A stretch of 64,000 nucleotides of DNA from Narcine bancroftii. Taxonomy: Eukaryota. The stretch covers positions 70,618,001 to 70,682,000 of the forward strand of contig NC_091471.1 in the NCBI RefSeq assembly GCF_036971445.1. Reading direction: 5' to 3'. Of this stretch, positions 13,526 through 26,410 are shown piece by piece. How positions within the stretch are numbered: the first letter of the stretch is position 1; every line of letters begins with the position of its first letter. A program made the position numbers and the translations under genes. The notes below the pieces were generated by a model. The model did no database searches and had not been told where the DNA came from. It worked only from the letters and a program-made list of their open reading frames with translations.

Positions 13526-14140
13526 GGTCAGATACTTAACAGTGTAGAAGAACAGAGGGACATTGGGGTCAAAATCCATACATCTCTCAAGGTTGCTGCG
13601 CAGGTTGATAGGCTAGTTAACAAGGCCTATGGGAAGCTGGACTTCATTAGTCTGGGAATAGAGTTCAAAAGTTGAGAGGTCACAATGCAACTCTACAAAT
13701 GTGTGGTGAGACCACACCTAGAATATTATGTTCAGTTGTGGACTCCTAATTGAAGGAAAGATGTGGAAGCTATGGAGAGGGTGCAGAGAAGATTTACCAG
13801 GATGTTGCCTGATTTAGAAAATAAACTTTATGAGGCAAGGTTAGCAGAGCTAAGACTTTTCTCTTTGCAATGAAGGAGGATGAGAGAAGACTGAATAGAG
13901 GTCTACAAGATCTTGAGAGGCATAGATAAGGTAGACAGCCAGTGCCTTTTTCCTAGGGAAACACCAGAGAATATCTGTAAAAAGTGAAGGGAGAAAATTT
14001 AGGGGAGGAAACAGGCACACGGAAGAAAGAAAAATAGAGGTAATGAGGGAGGAAAGTTTCATTGTTTTGATAGAAATGTATAAGTTGGCACAACATCGAA
14101 GGCTGAAGGGCCTCTTCTCTGCTGTAGAATTCTATGTGTC
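13526..14140 (+). mobile_element. CR1 LINE 3' half (continuation of 6830-7794)
   Basis: EEQRDIGV.., VRPHLEYYVQLW, MERVQRRFTRMLP and a CR1-type 3' end (GAAGGGCCT..TGCTGTAGAATTCTATG). Confidence 0.9.
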
Positions 14141-15644
14141 TATCCTTTGAGGGATAGAGTTTAATTTTCATGAAATTGTATACTTGAATTTTCAGACAGT
14201 TATCTGCCATTGTTTGACTGAAAATTTAAAAAGGTTATTCTTAATTTCATAAGTATGTTATTTACCCAGAAAGTAAAATACAGTTGACAATTTGGGTCTG
14301 AGCCCAACTTCTTCAGGACAAGTCAAGAAGTATATTTCCATGACAGACTTGATGCCTACCAAATTATTGTCAATGTTCACAAAAGATTCCTCCACAGATA
14401 TTTTTCCACTTCCTTCAAGGTCTCTCTCTCTCCCTTGTGCTTTATAATATTATCTTCTGTGCATTGTACAAAACCACCTAAAAATAATATTTCATAGGAG
14501 GTCTGAGATTGTCAGGGATAGTAAGAAACTGAAAGGGTCAGGAGGATGATAAGAACAAGTGGAGGAATACATGTCAGTTGGGGAGGTAAAGGGAAGGAGC
14601 TGCTAAGGGATTATATTTTCTCCAGCTCCTCCCAAAATGTATCTAGTAGTGAATCACCCCACCACATCACCCACGATCTCCAATTAAAATAAAGAAAAAG
14701 CTTCTTTTTTTCAATATATCCTTGAATTAATAATGTTATATAAGGTTAAAAACATGTGTAAACAAGTTTGCTTACTTTGTTACAGCTGTATCAGTGTTAT
14801 GCATCAATCTTTTTTCTGTATGTATTATATAAATACTTAATAAAACTATTGAAAAAAAAGAATAAGGTAATGTTCAAAGTCGGAAAGGAGACATTTAGAT
14901 AAAAATGCCATAATGATGTCATAGGTGTGCTTGAGATTAACATTGACAAGTCACATGCAAGACGTGTTTTATCAAAGCAGCATCAATGACAATACACCAA
15001 TATTTAGTGGGGGTGTATCAGGTTTAAAGCCAACCTGATTGTCTGAGAATACATTGATAAGCAAGCCACTTAAACATTTTTTTTAACATGCCTTCTTATG
15101 CCTCTCTGAAATGCTGTGCTTTTTTCTAAAGAAAAATTCATTGAAAATAAAAAACACCTTTGTTCTGTGCCCTTTCACAGTTCTAAAAGTTAAATTAAAT
15201 TCCCTGAAGGTAACAGAATTCTGTATTGCAGATTTATAGGCAAGATCATTTTTAGATGCTCATTAATTTCATGACACTTTAAAAATTATGCCCATGATCT
15301 ATGGAAAAGTATTGCTCATTGTGAATTAATTGAGCTGCAGGTTAGTGGGTGATGAAACCATCACTGGAAGTGTGATTAACGATGTTTGATTTGGAGTGCT
15401 CAAATTCCCATTAATTAGTAAAGTTTAGTATTATGGCTTTCAATCTCATCAATGTCAATATTCAATAAGCATATATCTGCTTCATTGGCATTTTCTCCAA
15501 AAATGGTTGATTGGATTTTACCTGGAAATGGAGCCGCAGAAAAATTGGCAAGAGACATAGGAATCAGAATAATTTGTACATTTATGGCTGAAATCACACT
15601 ATGTAGCAGCAACCATTTATTGCTTTTGATACACTTGGATTATG

Positions 15645-15825
15645 TCTTTGGCTTGGCTTCGCGGATGAAGATTTATGGAGGGGTAATGTCCACGTCAGCT
15701 GCAGGCTCGTTTGTGGCTGACAAGTCCGATGAGGGACAGGCAGACACGGTTGCAGCGGTTGCAAGGAAAAATTGGTTGGTTGGGGTTGGGTGTTGGGTTT
15801 TTCCTCCTTTGTCTTTTGACAGTGA
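15645..15825 (-). mobile_element. RTE-clade LINE 3' fragment, copy 1
   Basis: Near-identical to the 3' ends at 21179, 37933 and 43217; encodes the C-terminal CNRCNRVC..H..C motif. Confidence 0.9.
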
Positions 15826-16149
15826 TTAAACATAAACAACTGATTACTTTCAACTATAATTATTTTCAGATAAAGAGCAGATTAATTAATTTTGATCACT
15901 GCTCATACAACTCAATATAGACCTAGACCTACAACTATTCATTTCCTTTCAAAAGCTCTGCAGCTGGGGAGCCCAGCCTCATTTTCATCCGAAATGTTAA
16001 AGTTGTTAATTATTGGCATGGTGTGTCTGGAATTAGAGCCTTTCTAAATGGGTGGTCACTGGACTGTGGTATTGAGGAACTCAGCCCATCATTATCTCCT
16101 CAAGTATTTCCCACATCAAAGTAGAAATATTGAATTTTCAAGTTTCACA

Positions 16150-16510
16150 TAAACCTTGTCTGCTGTGTTCTCCCCTCTTTCTCCTGTATTTAAGTATGTC
16201 CAACCACTTCCCATAGTTCATTCCCTCTAAGCTGGGCATTTTCCTGGGAACTCTCTTCTGTACCCTTCATAAAGTCTCCATGTCGCACTGTAACCAGAAT
16301 TGCATACAATATTCAAAGTGAAGTATACTTGCTGCAACATAAATTTATTACTCTTGTACTCAATAACCCGTCCAATGAAGTTAGGCATTAAATATGTCTT
16401 CTTTACCACCCTATCTACTTATGAGATCACTTTCAATGAGCTATAGATCTGGACTCCCAGCTCTCTCCACCCATCAATTCATTTTACTCTGCTGCCATTA
16501 TCTGTACACA
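16150..16510 (-). mobile_element. Old CR1 fragment
   Basis: The minus strand matches the CR1 3' region (VDRVVKKTY..FIGRVIEYKS) also seen at 13.6 kb. Confidence 0.65.
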
Positions 16511-17520
16511 TTTCAGAATTAGGTTTATTGACATGAACATGTCACAGCATTTGTTGGTCTGCAGCAGCAGTATTGTGTATTCATGGCTATCCCTCGGGGT
16601 TGAGGACGATGGACATCTTTCCATTTTCCACAGAGTGAAGACACCTGTACAAAGACTTGTTTAATATGTACTTAATGTTACACAAGGTGACAATCCAGAT
16701 GTAAAATTGATACAAAATTACAATTCTGTAAACAAAATATTTAAAAATAAATAATTAGTGCAAAAAGAGAAATTTACCTCATTGTCCTTTCATAAATATG
16801 ATGGCGGTGGGAAGAAGCTGTTTTTATTCCAGTGGATTGTGTGTCTTTAGGCTCCTGTATGATGTTCCTGATGATAGCAGTGAGAAAAGGACATGGCCTG
16901 GCTGGTGAGGGTCCTTGACGATAGAGTCTTGATGATAAGGCAATATGAGCTGCCTGAGGAGATTCTGTATATCACTGAAAACTCTTGAAAACTTCTACAT
17001 GTGTACTGTGGAGAGCATTCTGGCTGGTTGCATCACTGCCTGGTATGGATGAGCCAACTCTCAGGACAAGAATAAACTCCAGAGGGTTGTTAACTTGGTC
17101 TGTGACATCACAGGCACCAGACTTCACTCCATCGAGGACATCTACATGAGGTGGTGTTTTAAAAAAGCAGCCTCTATCCTCAAAGACCCCCACCACCCAG
17201 GCCATGCCACCTTCACTTTGCTACCATCAGGAAAAGGGTACAAGAGCCTAAAGATGAGCACTCAGCAGAAGGGCAGCTTCTTCCCCACTGCCGTCAAATT
17301 CCTGAATAATCAATGAAGCATAGACATTGTCTTACTTTTCATGTGCTATTATTTTTATTTATAGTAATGTTGTAAGATGTTTATAATATGAATGTTTACA
17401 TTGTGACGCTGCCGCAAAACATTGAATTTCATGACTTGTTCATGACAATAAATTCTGATTCTGTTTGCTTTCTTGAGACACCACCTCTTAAAGATGTCCT
17501 TAATGGAGTGAAGACTAATA
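16510..17520. mobile_element. Cluster of Rex/Babar-type LINE 3' fragments in both orientations (main piece 16935-17462 on +)
   Basis: TLENFYMCTVESILAGCITAWYG, KAASILKDPHHPGHATFTLLPSGK, and tail AATAAATTCTGATTCTG. Confidence 0.8.
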
Positions 17521-18964
17521 CCCTTAGATTTGTCTCCCAAAGTGCAACATTTCACACTTTTCTTGATTTAACTCCATTAACTATTTTTTGCCTATATCTA
17601 TAGCTGACCTATGGCCTGTTGAATTCTTTGATGGCCCTCGACAGAGTCCACACCTCCACCAATCTTTGTGTCATCTGCGTAACACTACAAGTCATGGATC
17701 TCCAGCCAATATAAAACTCTTCCACCGTATGATTTAATATTTGTATATTACTCATTTGTTGCTTAGTAATTACATTGAATCTAATCAGCTCAGTAAACTG
17801 GGACAAGTATTATCCTGACTTTTATATCACAAGCTAATTTCTTGAAAGCAATTTCACATTCTTATGTTGTTTTCATCAGGTTTCTATATTTTTATACTGA
17901 TACACTCCTATAAAATCAAACATCACAGGGCACTCTTTAAACTGCCTCACACTTGTCAGCCTCTATTTTTGCAATTTCAGAATCTGAAGAAATGACTGGC
18001 AGAAAGGTGGAAAGTAAAGATTAACATTCTGTGTGTTGAAGGGAAGAGGCAGCACACAACAATTCACAATAGAAAGAATAAAGCCTATAGTTCAAGAGAG
18101 ATTAGTAGTGTCATTGAGATTTATAGCAGAGATACATATTCTTCAGCCCTTCAAGTCCATCTCGATCTGCTTGCCCACCTACATTATTCCCTTTAATCAA
18201 AGAAACAGAAAATAGGAGTAGGACCATTCAAAACGATTTCAGTCACCTGTTCCTGCTCTCTTTCCATGCATCTTGCTTCCTTTAGCCAATAGGATCACAT
18301 GAACCTTTTCAATATTATTTTATTATCAATATTTTATTATCAATCTTCTTTCTTAGCCTTCATTTTCACTTTTTTCCCCTGCTAGTTGATGCCAAGGTCC
18401 ATTTCAAAATGAAAACAAAGTCATCAGTAACACATATACACTTCAAGCGACATCGAAGATATCTAAAAATGCATGTTTACTTCATTAAAGCAATCAACTT
18501 CAGAAAAAAATTCTTAATGAAGTAGGTTTGCTTGTCGCACTAACCCCCATTCTTTTTCATTTGTAAGGATAAATGTTGTTATGTTCAACAATTGTCTCAC
18601 CTGGTCAGGCTCAGATAAAATTTTCAAAAAAGTTCATGATGTCAGTATTGCGAACAGAAGTTCAGCCTGTCTATCCTTGACAGAATGATTATCACATATC
18701 AACGCTCATGGCAACTAAGACTCCTGAAGGGTTAATAAAGGGCTGAATTGCGCCCAGTGAGACCAGGCTTGTGCCACACATACTGGGATTATCATAAGTT
18801 CTGCTGACCTGCAAGAGGCATGGAAGGTACTTTCAAAAGTAGAAGAGTAAACACTGGCAAATTGGACCAGATAAAGGGTGTTGGGTTTGAGAGCAGCTGT
18901 GACACTATCTGGAACAGAATCTGCATGTTAAGGTCATCAGGCAAGTGGAACTCAAGACATTAAG

Positions 18965-19932
18965 GTAGATAATTTATCTAGCGCTGTCCTCAGTTTCCCC
19001 CCTTTCCATAAGAATTTCCTTATTATTTTCTTTAGCTCATTGAAGAATTTCTCTGTTAAGGGAATTGGTAATGATTGAAACAGGTATTGTATCCTTGGGA
19101 AGATATTCATTTTAATGCAATTTACCCTTCCTATCAGTGTTAGTGGTAAATCTTTCCAATGTTCTAAGTCATCTTGTAATTTCCTCATTAATGGTTGATA
19201 ATTTAATTTGTATAGATGGCCTAGATTATTATTTAGTCTAATACCTAAGTATTGGAATGCTTGTGTTTGCCATTTAAATTGTGATTCTTTTTTAAACTTT
19301 GTGAAATCCGCATTATTCATTGGCATTGCTTCACTTTTATTTGCGTTGATCTTGTACCCCGATATTTCTCCATATTCCTTCAATTTCTTATGTAATTCTT
19401 TTATTGATAATTCTGGTTCTGTTAAGTATATGATGTCATCTGCAAATAGACTGATTTTATATACTTGGAAATAGAAGAGAGCCCGAGAGTACAGCAATGG
19501 TACATAGAAATAAAATTCCATTGGAATTTTCCAATTCCATTAGAAAAAATAACATAAAATTTTAAAAATAAAGTCACATTATTTGAACAAATTTGGGAAC
19601 CATACATGGAACACAACAGAGAGGGCCTACCGCGGACCTCCACCCCCTAAAATGACAGAATGAGAAGAAGACGAAATGAACTGACCCAGTGTGTAAAAGT
19701 AGATGACACAATTTTCTTGTTTATTTTCATTGTGTGATGACATTGTTTAATGGGTTTATTGTATTGTGTATGTTGAACATTTAATGTGTTGGGGGGGGTA
19801 GGAGGGAGGGAGGGAAGAGAGGGGGGAAAAGGAGAGAAAATTACACTGTGTATATTCAAGAGGGAAATGTCTGTGTGTATTTTGGTTAATATGGTTCATA
19901 GTGTGAAAAATAAAAAAATAAATTAAAAAAAG
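18965..19932. mobile_element. L1 (same family as 1-3786) with 5' inversion: minus-strand RT piece joined to plus-strand 3' end and A-tail
   Basis: 18965-19465 (-) encodes YKISLFADD..YLGI..FLWKGGK. 19465-19932 (+) is the ORF2 end (FEQIWEPY), a G-rich 3'UTR and an A-rich tail. Confidence 0.85.
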
Positions 19933-20369
19933 AAGATTCAATGCTCAATTTCCAATTTGAATTCAATTGTGGGGTTCCTTTTTGAATAACTTTCATAGTC
20001 TTTGATTTGAAATGAAGGTAGAAGTATTGATTAATTTATCTCTCTGATAAGAATTCTGTCTATTTTTTTGGCCAAACAGCTTCTTTCTTGGTAGTGGGTT
20101 TAGATTTTCCTTTTTTAAAAATAATAAATTATTAATACAATGTAATCAGTTTGATTGAAAATGTGGGGTACCTTGGATCAAATTATATAATCTAAATGTA
20201 ATGTTTCTTTTCGACTCTTTTTACATGAAATTTCAATGTTTAATAAAAATATTGAAAAAGTTTCTTCACAATTTAACAAACTAGGACTAATACAATTCAT
20301 TGTCCTCCTGATATCAATTTAAAGGTTCCCATCACTTATTTTGAAGAAAGAAATAAGGAGATTAGCCCC

Positions 20370-20700
20370 TGTAGTACAGGGAAGTGCTGAAAAAACACAA
20401 CAGGTCACGCAGCATCCATTTGAAGTAAAGGTAACCAATATTTTGGGCGGAGCCCTTCATTCGGAATCAGGAAAAAACATTATGGGTGCAGGGGGGAGGG
20501 GAGGGTGGATGGGGAGGAGCATAAGCTAATGGGTAAGAGGTAACAGGTGGGAGGGTGGAAGCTGAGAAGTGATGGGGAGAGGGCAGAGGGCTAAGAAGGG
20601 TAGCTCTCCAATAGGAGAAGGAAAGGAAAGGGGTGGGAACTGGAGGAAGGGAGACAGAGGTGAAGGAAAGAAAGAGACCAGGGGAAGGGAATACGCTGAA
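20370..20700 (-). mobile_element. Penelope-like element terminal (PLTR) fragment
   Basis: Resembles 8095-8400; degenerate hammerhead core at ~20435-20465 on the minus strand. Confidence 0.75.
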
Positions 20701-20704
20701 TGAT

Positions 20705-21584
20705 TTACAACACTGTACTCGTGTGTTCCTTCGGTATTGTGTTGTTCTCAAACAACTTCAGCCCATTTACGATGGATCTTTTCAGGTCTTATGACACCAT
20801 GCAAAGACTTTTGTGATCAACAGGAATGGAAAAGCTGATACAGTTTCCATTAACATGTTGAAGCCAGCATATATCAATGGTCCACGTTCTTCGTTGGAGC
20901 CAGAGTCAGAGGACTAGTCACATCCTTGCCATTCAGACCATGTGTCACCTGACTTATACTATCCTATAAGGTTGGGGTGAATTGTCAGCTCTCCAGACCA
21001 TTACATAGCGGAACAGTTCCAATCAGTCGTTTCCTTGCATGGTTCAGAGGCTGAGAGGGCAGCTGTCAAAGTCGAATATTTACCTGCATTGGGAGCAGTT
21101 GAGGTCACCATTGATGATGTAAGTGAAGCAACACGCGGGAGTAATAGCGTGCATATGTACAGGTGTTAAGTGTTTGGAAACCCAACACCCAACTCCAACC
21201 AACAAATTTTCCCCTGCAACCGCTGCAACCGTGTCTGCCTGTCCCGCATCGGACTTGTCAGCCACAAACGAGCCTGCAGCTGACGTGGACATTTACCCCT
21301 CCATAAATCTTCGTCCGTGAAGCCAAGCCAAAGAAAAGAAAAAGTGTTTGGATATGGGTGATGGATCTCAGACACAGGAGGAGGAGAGTGAGAGTGTCAG
21401 GATCACCTATGTGGCAGTGAGCCAATGAGAAGTTCAGAGGAGTTTAGCTGGGTGGTGTTTGGGGAGTTGAAGAATACAATGTGGTGTGTCGTGAATAATA
21501 AAGAAAGTTGACTTCATGGGGTGCTAAAAGAAATGAGTGAGCGTATTCTTTATTTGTTTGTGGTAAATCAGTGCTGTTATAACA
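20705..21584 (+). mobile_element. Gypsy remnant: integrase C-terminus (GPY/F-like) and probable 3' LTR
   Basis: LQPIYDGSFQV..KTFVINRNGKADTVSINMLKPAY at ~20755-20875. Purine tract ~21135, AATAAA ~21497, terminus TTATAACA ~21584. Confidence 0.65.
21179..21341 (+). mobile_element. RTE-clade LINE 3' fragment, copy 2, with TSD
   Basis: TSD AAGTGTTTGGA at 21168-21178 and 21342-21352; AAGAA-type tail. Confidence 0.93.
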
Positions 21585-22129
21585 GAAATTGAAGCTGATA
21601 TTGATGCCATCTGGATGGAGAAAATCCCAATATTTTCTTCAATAATTAACCTTCAACAACAGCACAAAAAGACCAAGAGAAACAGATTTTTGCTAGTCAA
21701 GTACCTATTTGCTACAGATAAGATTCTTGATCCAACATTATCAGTGGAGGGCAGTCAATATCACAGGCTAAAACCGCCTACAACTGCTTATAATCATCAG
21801 AACAGGATGATTATTGATGGTTGCACAAAGTTCAATTCAATTTTCATCTCTTTTTGTAATTATGTGGCCTATATCTCTGCTTGCAGCAAGATGAGGACAA
21901 ATTCATGCTGAATATTAAAAATAGCAAGCAATACTTGCAGTCCACAAGAGCTAACTGGTGACTGCCAAGAACAAGAAACTATCTTCAGCCCTTGATATTA
22001 AACAATGTGGCCATTGCTGAATTCTTCACTGTAAATATCCTGAGATCACAATGACCTGAAGTTTTGATTGAACATGTTATAAATACTGTTGCTACAAGAG
22101 CAGGCTAGATATCCTGAGCAGGCCTAGGT

Positions 22130-22900
22130 ATCACCGGGCTTTGGTGATCAAAAGGTAATTGGTTACCGCTCAGGAAGGTTCTTGCTGATTTTCAGAGCGA
22201 TTTGTTGTTCCACAACTGATGTATTTCCATCAGCCACTCAGTGCCTTGCTGATAAAACTTGCCCTGTCAGGATTTTCCAGATGATAACCTCTTTCTTTAA
22301 AGTCACCACAGATTTCCTTTTTGTTTCTCTTTTCCAAGTGAGACATTAGACAGGCAGTCCTCTCCTCTTGCATGAACTACAAGGGCTTTGACCAGGCCAT
22401 CTTCCAAATGGGCTTGCCAGCTTGTCCTGTTCTAGTCCCAGCTACTTTTGCTGGCTGTAACACTGNNNNNNNNNNNNNNNNNNNNNNNNNNNNNNNNNNN
22501 NNNNNNNNNNNNNNNNNNNNNNNNNNNNNNNNNNNNNNNNNNNNNNNNNNNNNNNNNNNNNNNNNNNNNNNNNNNNNNNNNNNNNNNNNNNNNCTCTCTC
22601 TGCTTGCAAAACCACATGACCCTCTCAGAACCGCAAGTTATCTTCCAGACATAGTGGCTCTGACATGCTCTTTCATCTGTTGCCTTTTGTAAAGAACAAT
22701 CCATTAGTGAAGTCTCTTGAGCACTCTTCAAAGCTCTTGCAAAAGCTCTAGAGCTGATATGTCTACCATGGGGCAGAGCTCCAGTATTTTAAATAACATC
22801 TGTTTTAAAGTGTTTGTATGTGACCTACTTTTACAAACATTTCCCAATTTATCTCCCAGAAACATATCTATATATATATATTTATATACTCTCTCACACT
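22130..22900 (-). mobile_element. Probable LTR-type repeat spanning the assembly gap
   Basis: Non-coding, with LTR-like composition and a (CT)n edge at the gap; no coding motifs or defined termini. Confidence 0.35.
22466..22593. other. Assembly gap (128 N)
   Basis: Run of N with CTCTCTC on the right, so probably a collapsed microsatellite. Confidence 0.99.
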
Positions 22901-23474
22901 CTCTCCTCCACAAGTTCACAGTTGTTGTTGTTGTTTGTTCTATTCAAAAATGAACAACACCAACTTTATCAATTCCACCAATACCTGACAGCTCCTTCAT
23001 GTTGAAATATAAAAGAAAGAGTTGCATTGGATCACCAACACTTGCAAGTTCCCCTTCAAGTAACACTTTATCTCAATTTGCTGCTCTTTCTTTATACCTC
23101 AGTCCTGGATTTTTTCCCACCAAGCAGTTGGTTTGGAGTTCCAACTGCAACAGTTCGAGAAGAAAGCTCAAAGCAACTTTCTTCGGGATTATTGGCAGAT
23201 GTTCTTCAAACCAAGACTTTAATGATGATAACCAGGGAACCAGTCCTTGCAATTTATTGTAACTGTTGGGCAGTGTACAGTATTGTTGCTTATGCCAGAC
23301 AAAAGAGAATTTACAATTCCTCTCTTTATTAATACAGCTGCACAAACTCATTCAGTCTTCCCACCACTCTGCCTGATTCTTCATGTTTTGGCTGCCACAG
23401 TGGAACTAGCTCTATGCAATAATCTCAATGAAGTGTCAGCATTACTTCCCAGCACAACATTTATGAGAAGTTAT

Positions 23475-23545
23475 TCTTTTTTTTAATTTTTCACACTATG
23501 AACCATATTAACCAAAATACACACAAACATTTCCCTCTAGAATAT
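23475..23545 (-). mobile_element. Short L1 3' end (same family as 19860-19930)
   Basis: Reverse complement of GGGAAATGT..GTATTTTGGTTAATATGGTTCATAGTGTGAAAAA with a T-tract. Confidence 0.85.
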
Positions 23546-23837
23546 AGAAGTTCACCAGTACTGCACCATCTGCTCAACATTTGGAAGATTCACATAGAAA
23601 GGAAAAAAGCATGGAATCTTCTTTAAGTTTAAACATGACATGATGACACGTGATTATGTGGGGTATTGTCCCTCCATCTGAGTCACACTGCCTGCCTAGG
23701 CATAAGAGAAATAAAAGCTAATACTTGCAGATCAGATCCCATTAAAGTTATGTCATTCTCTCCAACAATACCAAATAAAGCAGATAAGGGAGTAGGTTTA
23801 AAATTAACTTTAAAAAGTGCAGAAAATGTTTGAAATA

Positions 23838-24880
23838 CAGACATTCCCTGGGTTAAATACGAGTTCCGTTACCTAGGTCTGTCTTTAACCCGAACATGTA
23901 TTTAATTCAGAACCAGTACATATGGTCCTTATTTAGAGTCGGTTGGTCAAATGATTATATTTTACCTTTATATGCATATAAAACACTTCCTTATACACTA
24001 CAACATGTTAAACATAATAATACAGTACATAATGGCGTACATAATAATAAATACAGGTAATAATACAGTACTGTACATAATAATAAAAGTAACTACATAT
24101 GGTCATAAAATCATGATTAAAAGTTAACACTCACAGGAAAAGATGATGGAGGGATGGCTACAGTACAGGTACTTTCAATTTCAAATTCTGAATTTCAAGC
24201 CTAGCTCCTTCGCTACCTCCCTCTCTCCCTCTCCCTCCCTTCCTTTCCATCCCTCCCTCTCTCTCCCTGTCCCTCTCTCCCTCTTTCCTCTCCCTCCCTC
24301 TCCCTCTCTCCCTCCCTCCCTCCTCTTTCCCTCTATCCCCTTTCCTCTTTCCTCCTCCATCCCTCTCTCCCCTTTCCTCTTTCCTCCATCTCTCTCTCCC
24401 CTTTCCTCTTTCCTCCTCCATCCCTCTCTCTCCCTCCCTCTTTCCCTTCCTTCTCTCACTCCCCTCCCACTCTCCCTCCCCCTCCCTCCCTCCTTTCCCT
24501 CTCTCCCCCTCGCTATCCTCTCTTGCCCTCCCTCTCTCTCTTCCCCCACATTGGAGCAAGCAGGGTTGGGGGATAACATTGGAGCTAGGGAGGGGGTGGG
24601 AACTGCGACAGAGTAAACAGGGGGTGGTAGCTGTATCAGAGCGAGTGGGGGAGGGGGTGGTGGGGGGGGGGAACCGCGTCAGAGTGGGGTGTGGGAGAGG
24701 TTACACTTTTGAAAAATAAAATTGAAATCAGATAGCTGTCTCTTGAAGAAAAATAATTTAATCTAAATCATAATGACTAGCTCGAACCGGAAATTGATGC
24801 CATTCTACTTCCGGTCGGCTTGCCAGTTCGTAACTATGGGTTATTTGTAAATTGGACCTCTTCAACCCAGGGACTGCCTG
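23838..24880. mobile_element. Non-autonomous Tigger/pogo-type DNA transposon
   Basis: TIRs CAGACATTCCCTGGGTT and AACCCAGGGACTGCCTG (15/17 match), with TA on both flanks. Confidence 0.85.
24215..24548. repeat. Polypyrimidine/polypurine low-complexity tract
   Basis: About 330 bp almost exclusively C/T; source of spurious P/S/L and E/R/G ORFs. Confidence 0.95.
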
Positions 24881-24889
24881 TACTTTGTT

Positions 24890-25795
24890 ACAGTATCTCC
24901 CAAGACTCTGACATGTCTAAAACATATGAATTGTTGCATTTATCACAACGAGGAGATACATCTGTATAAAAATGAGATAGTTTGACTTTGGACATGTGAG
25001 CTCCATGGAGTACTTTAAATTGTAGGAGAGAGTGGTGGGCACATAAAGATGAGGTATTAACCAAATTGAAAATTACATTCCAAGTTTCTTCAAAAATTAA
25101 AAGCTGTAGTTACTATCCCCAGGCTTTTAAATTTTATCTGAAATAGCCTCTCTTATTTCCAACAACATGTAATAAATGTTATATATTGAACTATTATAGA
25201 AAGGTTGTAAATTTAAAATTACATCAATTAAATTCTTATCAGTTCTCTTAGGAAATGTATTTAATTGCGATTGTAAAAAATCTCTAATCTGTACATAACG
25301 AAAAAAATGAGTATTTGGTAGACCGTATTTAACTGAAAGTTGTTCAAAAAAAGTGAGACTCCTCTCAACAAATAAATCTTTAAAATCTTTAAAGCCCAAC
25401 TTATACCATCCTTCAAAAGTTACATCAATCATGAAAGGTTTAAAGAAATAATTTTAAAAAAGGGCTAGAAAGAGAAAATCTCCTTAAACCGTGATGTTTT
25501 CTAAATTATATCCAGACCTCAAAGTATGTTTAACCACTGGATTATTAGTTAATTTATTTAAAAATATAGGAAGTAAGGATCCAAGAAGGGAAATAATACA
25601 ACATTTTGTAACAGAAATGGATACCAGAGAGATCCATATTGGACAGTCCTCACAGTTAATATAATATAACCAAAATGTAAGATTTTGTATTATTGACTGC
25701 CCCATAATAAAACCTAAAGTTTGGTAAGGCTAAATCTCCATTCTTTTTAAGTTTTTGTAAATGGACTTTATTTAGTGGAGGATGTTTATTCTGGA
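24890..25795 (-). mobile_element. L1 ORF2 C-terminal fragment
   Basis: GDLALPNFRFYYGQ, FEQLSVKYGLPNTHFFRYVQIRDF, LQFKVLHG, and CDKC Zn motif. Confidence 0.85.
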
Positions 25796-26214
25796 TAGTG
25801 AAGAATCTTAGATCCCTTCCCCATATTTTTCAGGGTGGGCAAGAAATGCCAAATAAACTTTTACAAACTTGGAGTTACTTTGCAACCACATCTCATTTTC
25901 TCTTGGCTCAAAATTAACAGCCAGTTTGTTAATGAGATCCATTGGTGAAATTACTTCATTCTCTGAAGTAAAGTAACCCATCTCCAGAATCCTATAGTTA
26001 CTTACTAGTTGTGCATGAATTCAACAGTTTTTGGTTTAATATCTCATATATAAAGCTATGGATTGATCCCTCAGTCTACACTGAAGTGACATGTTGGATT
26101 ATCTGGTGAAATCACTGCAGCCAGTGGTGGCATGGAGGAAGATTCAAGGATGAGCTTAAATTCCATGAGCTTAAATTCCATGCAATATCCTTGCTGACCC
26201 CAGGAAACCTCAGA

Positions 26215-26410
26215 CCTTGATGGAGTGAAGTCTGGTGTCTGTGATGTTACAGGCCGGGTTAACAACCTTCTGGAGTTTTTTTCTAATCTGAGCATTAGCA
26301 ACTCTGTACTAGTCAGTGATGCAACCAGCAGAATGCTCTCAATGGTATACCTGATGAATATTTCAAGAGTCTTCGATGAAATACCGAATCTCTTCAAACT
26401 CTTCACTAAA
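26215..26410 (-). mobile_element. Rex/Babar LINE fragment
   Basis: LKRFGISSKTLEIFIRYTIESIL; homologous to 16960-17130. Confidence 0.75.

Noticed and set aside
22372-22731. ORFs containing X runs
   Set aside because: They read through the assembly gap.
22930-23460. Possible transposase or LINE coding remnant
   Set aside because: No recognisable motif in any minus-strand frame I translated; left unannotated.
24143-24616. Pro/Ser/Leu-rich and Glu/Arg/Gly-rich ORFs
   Set aside because: Artefacts of a C/T low-complexity tract that lacks stop codons.
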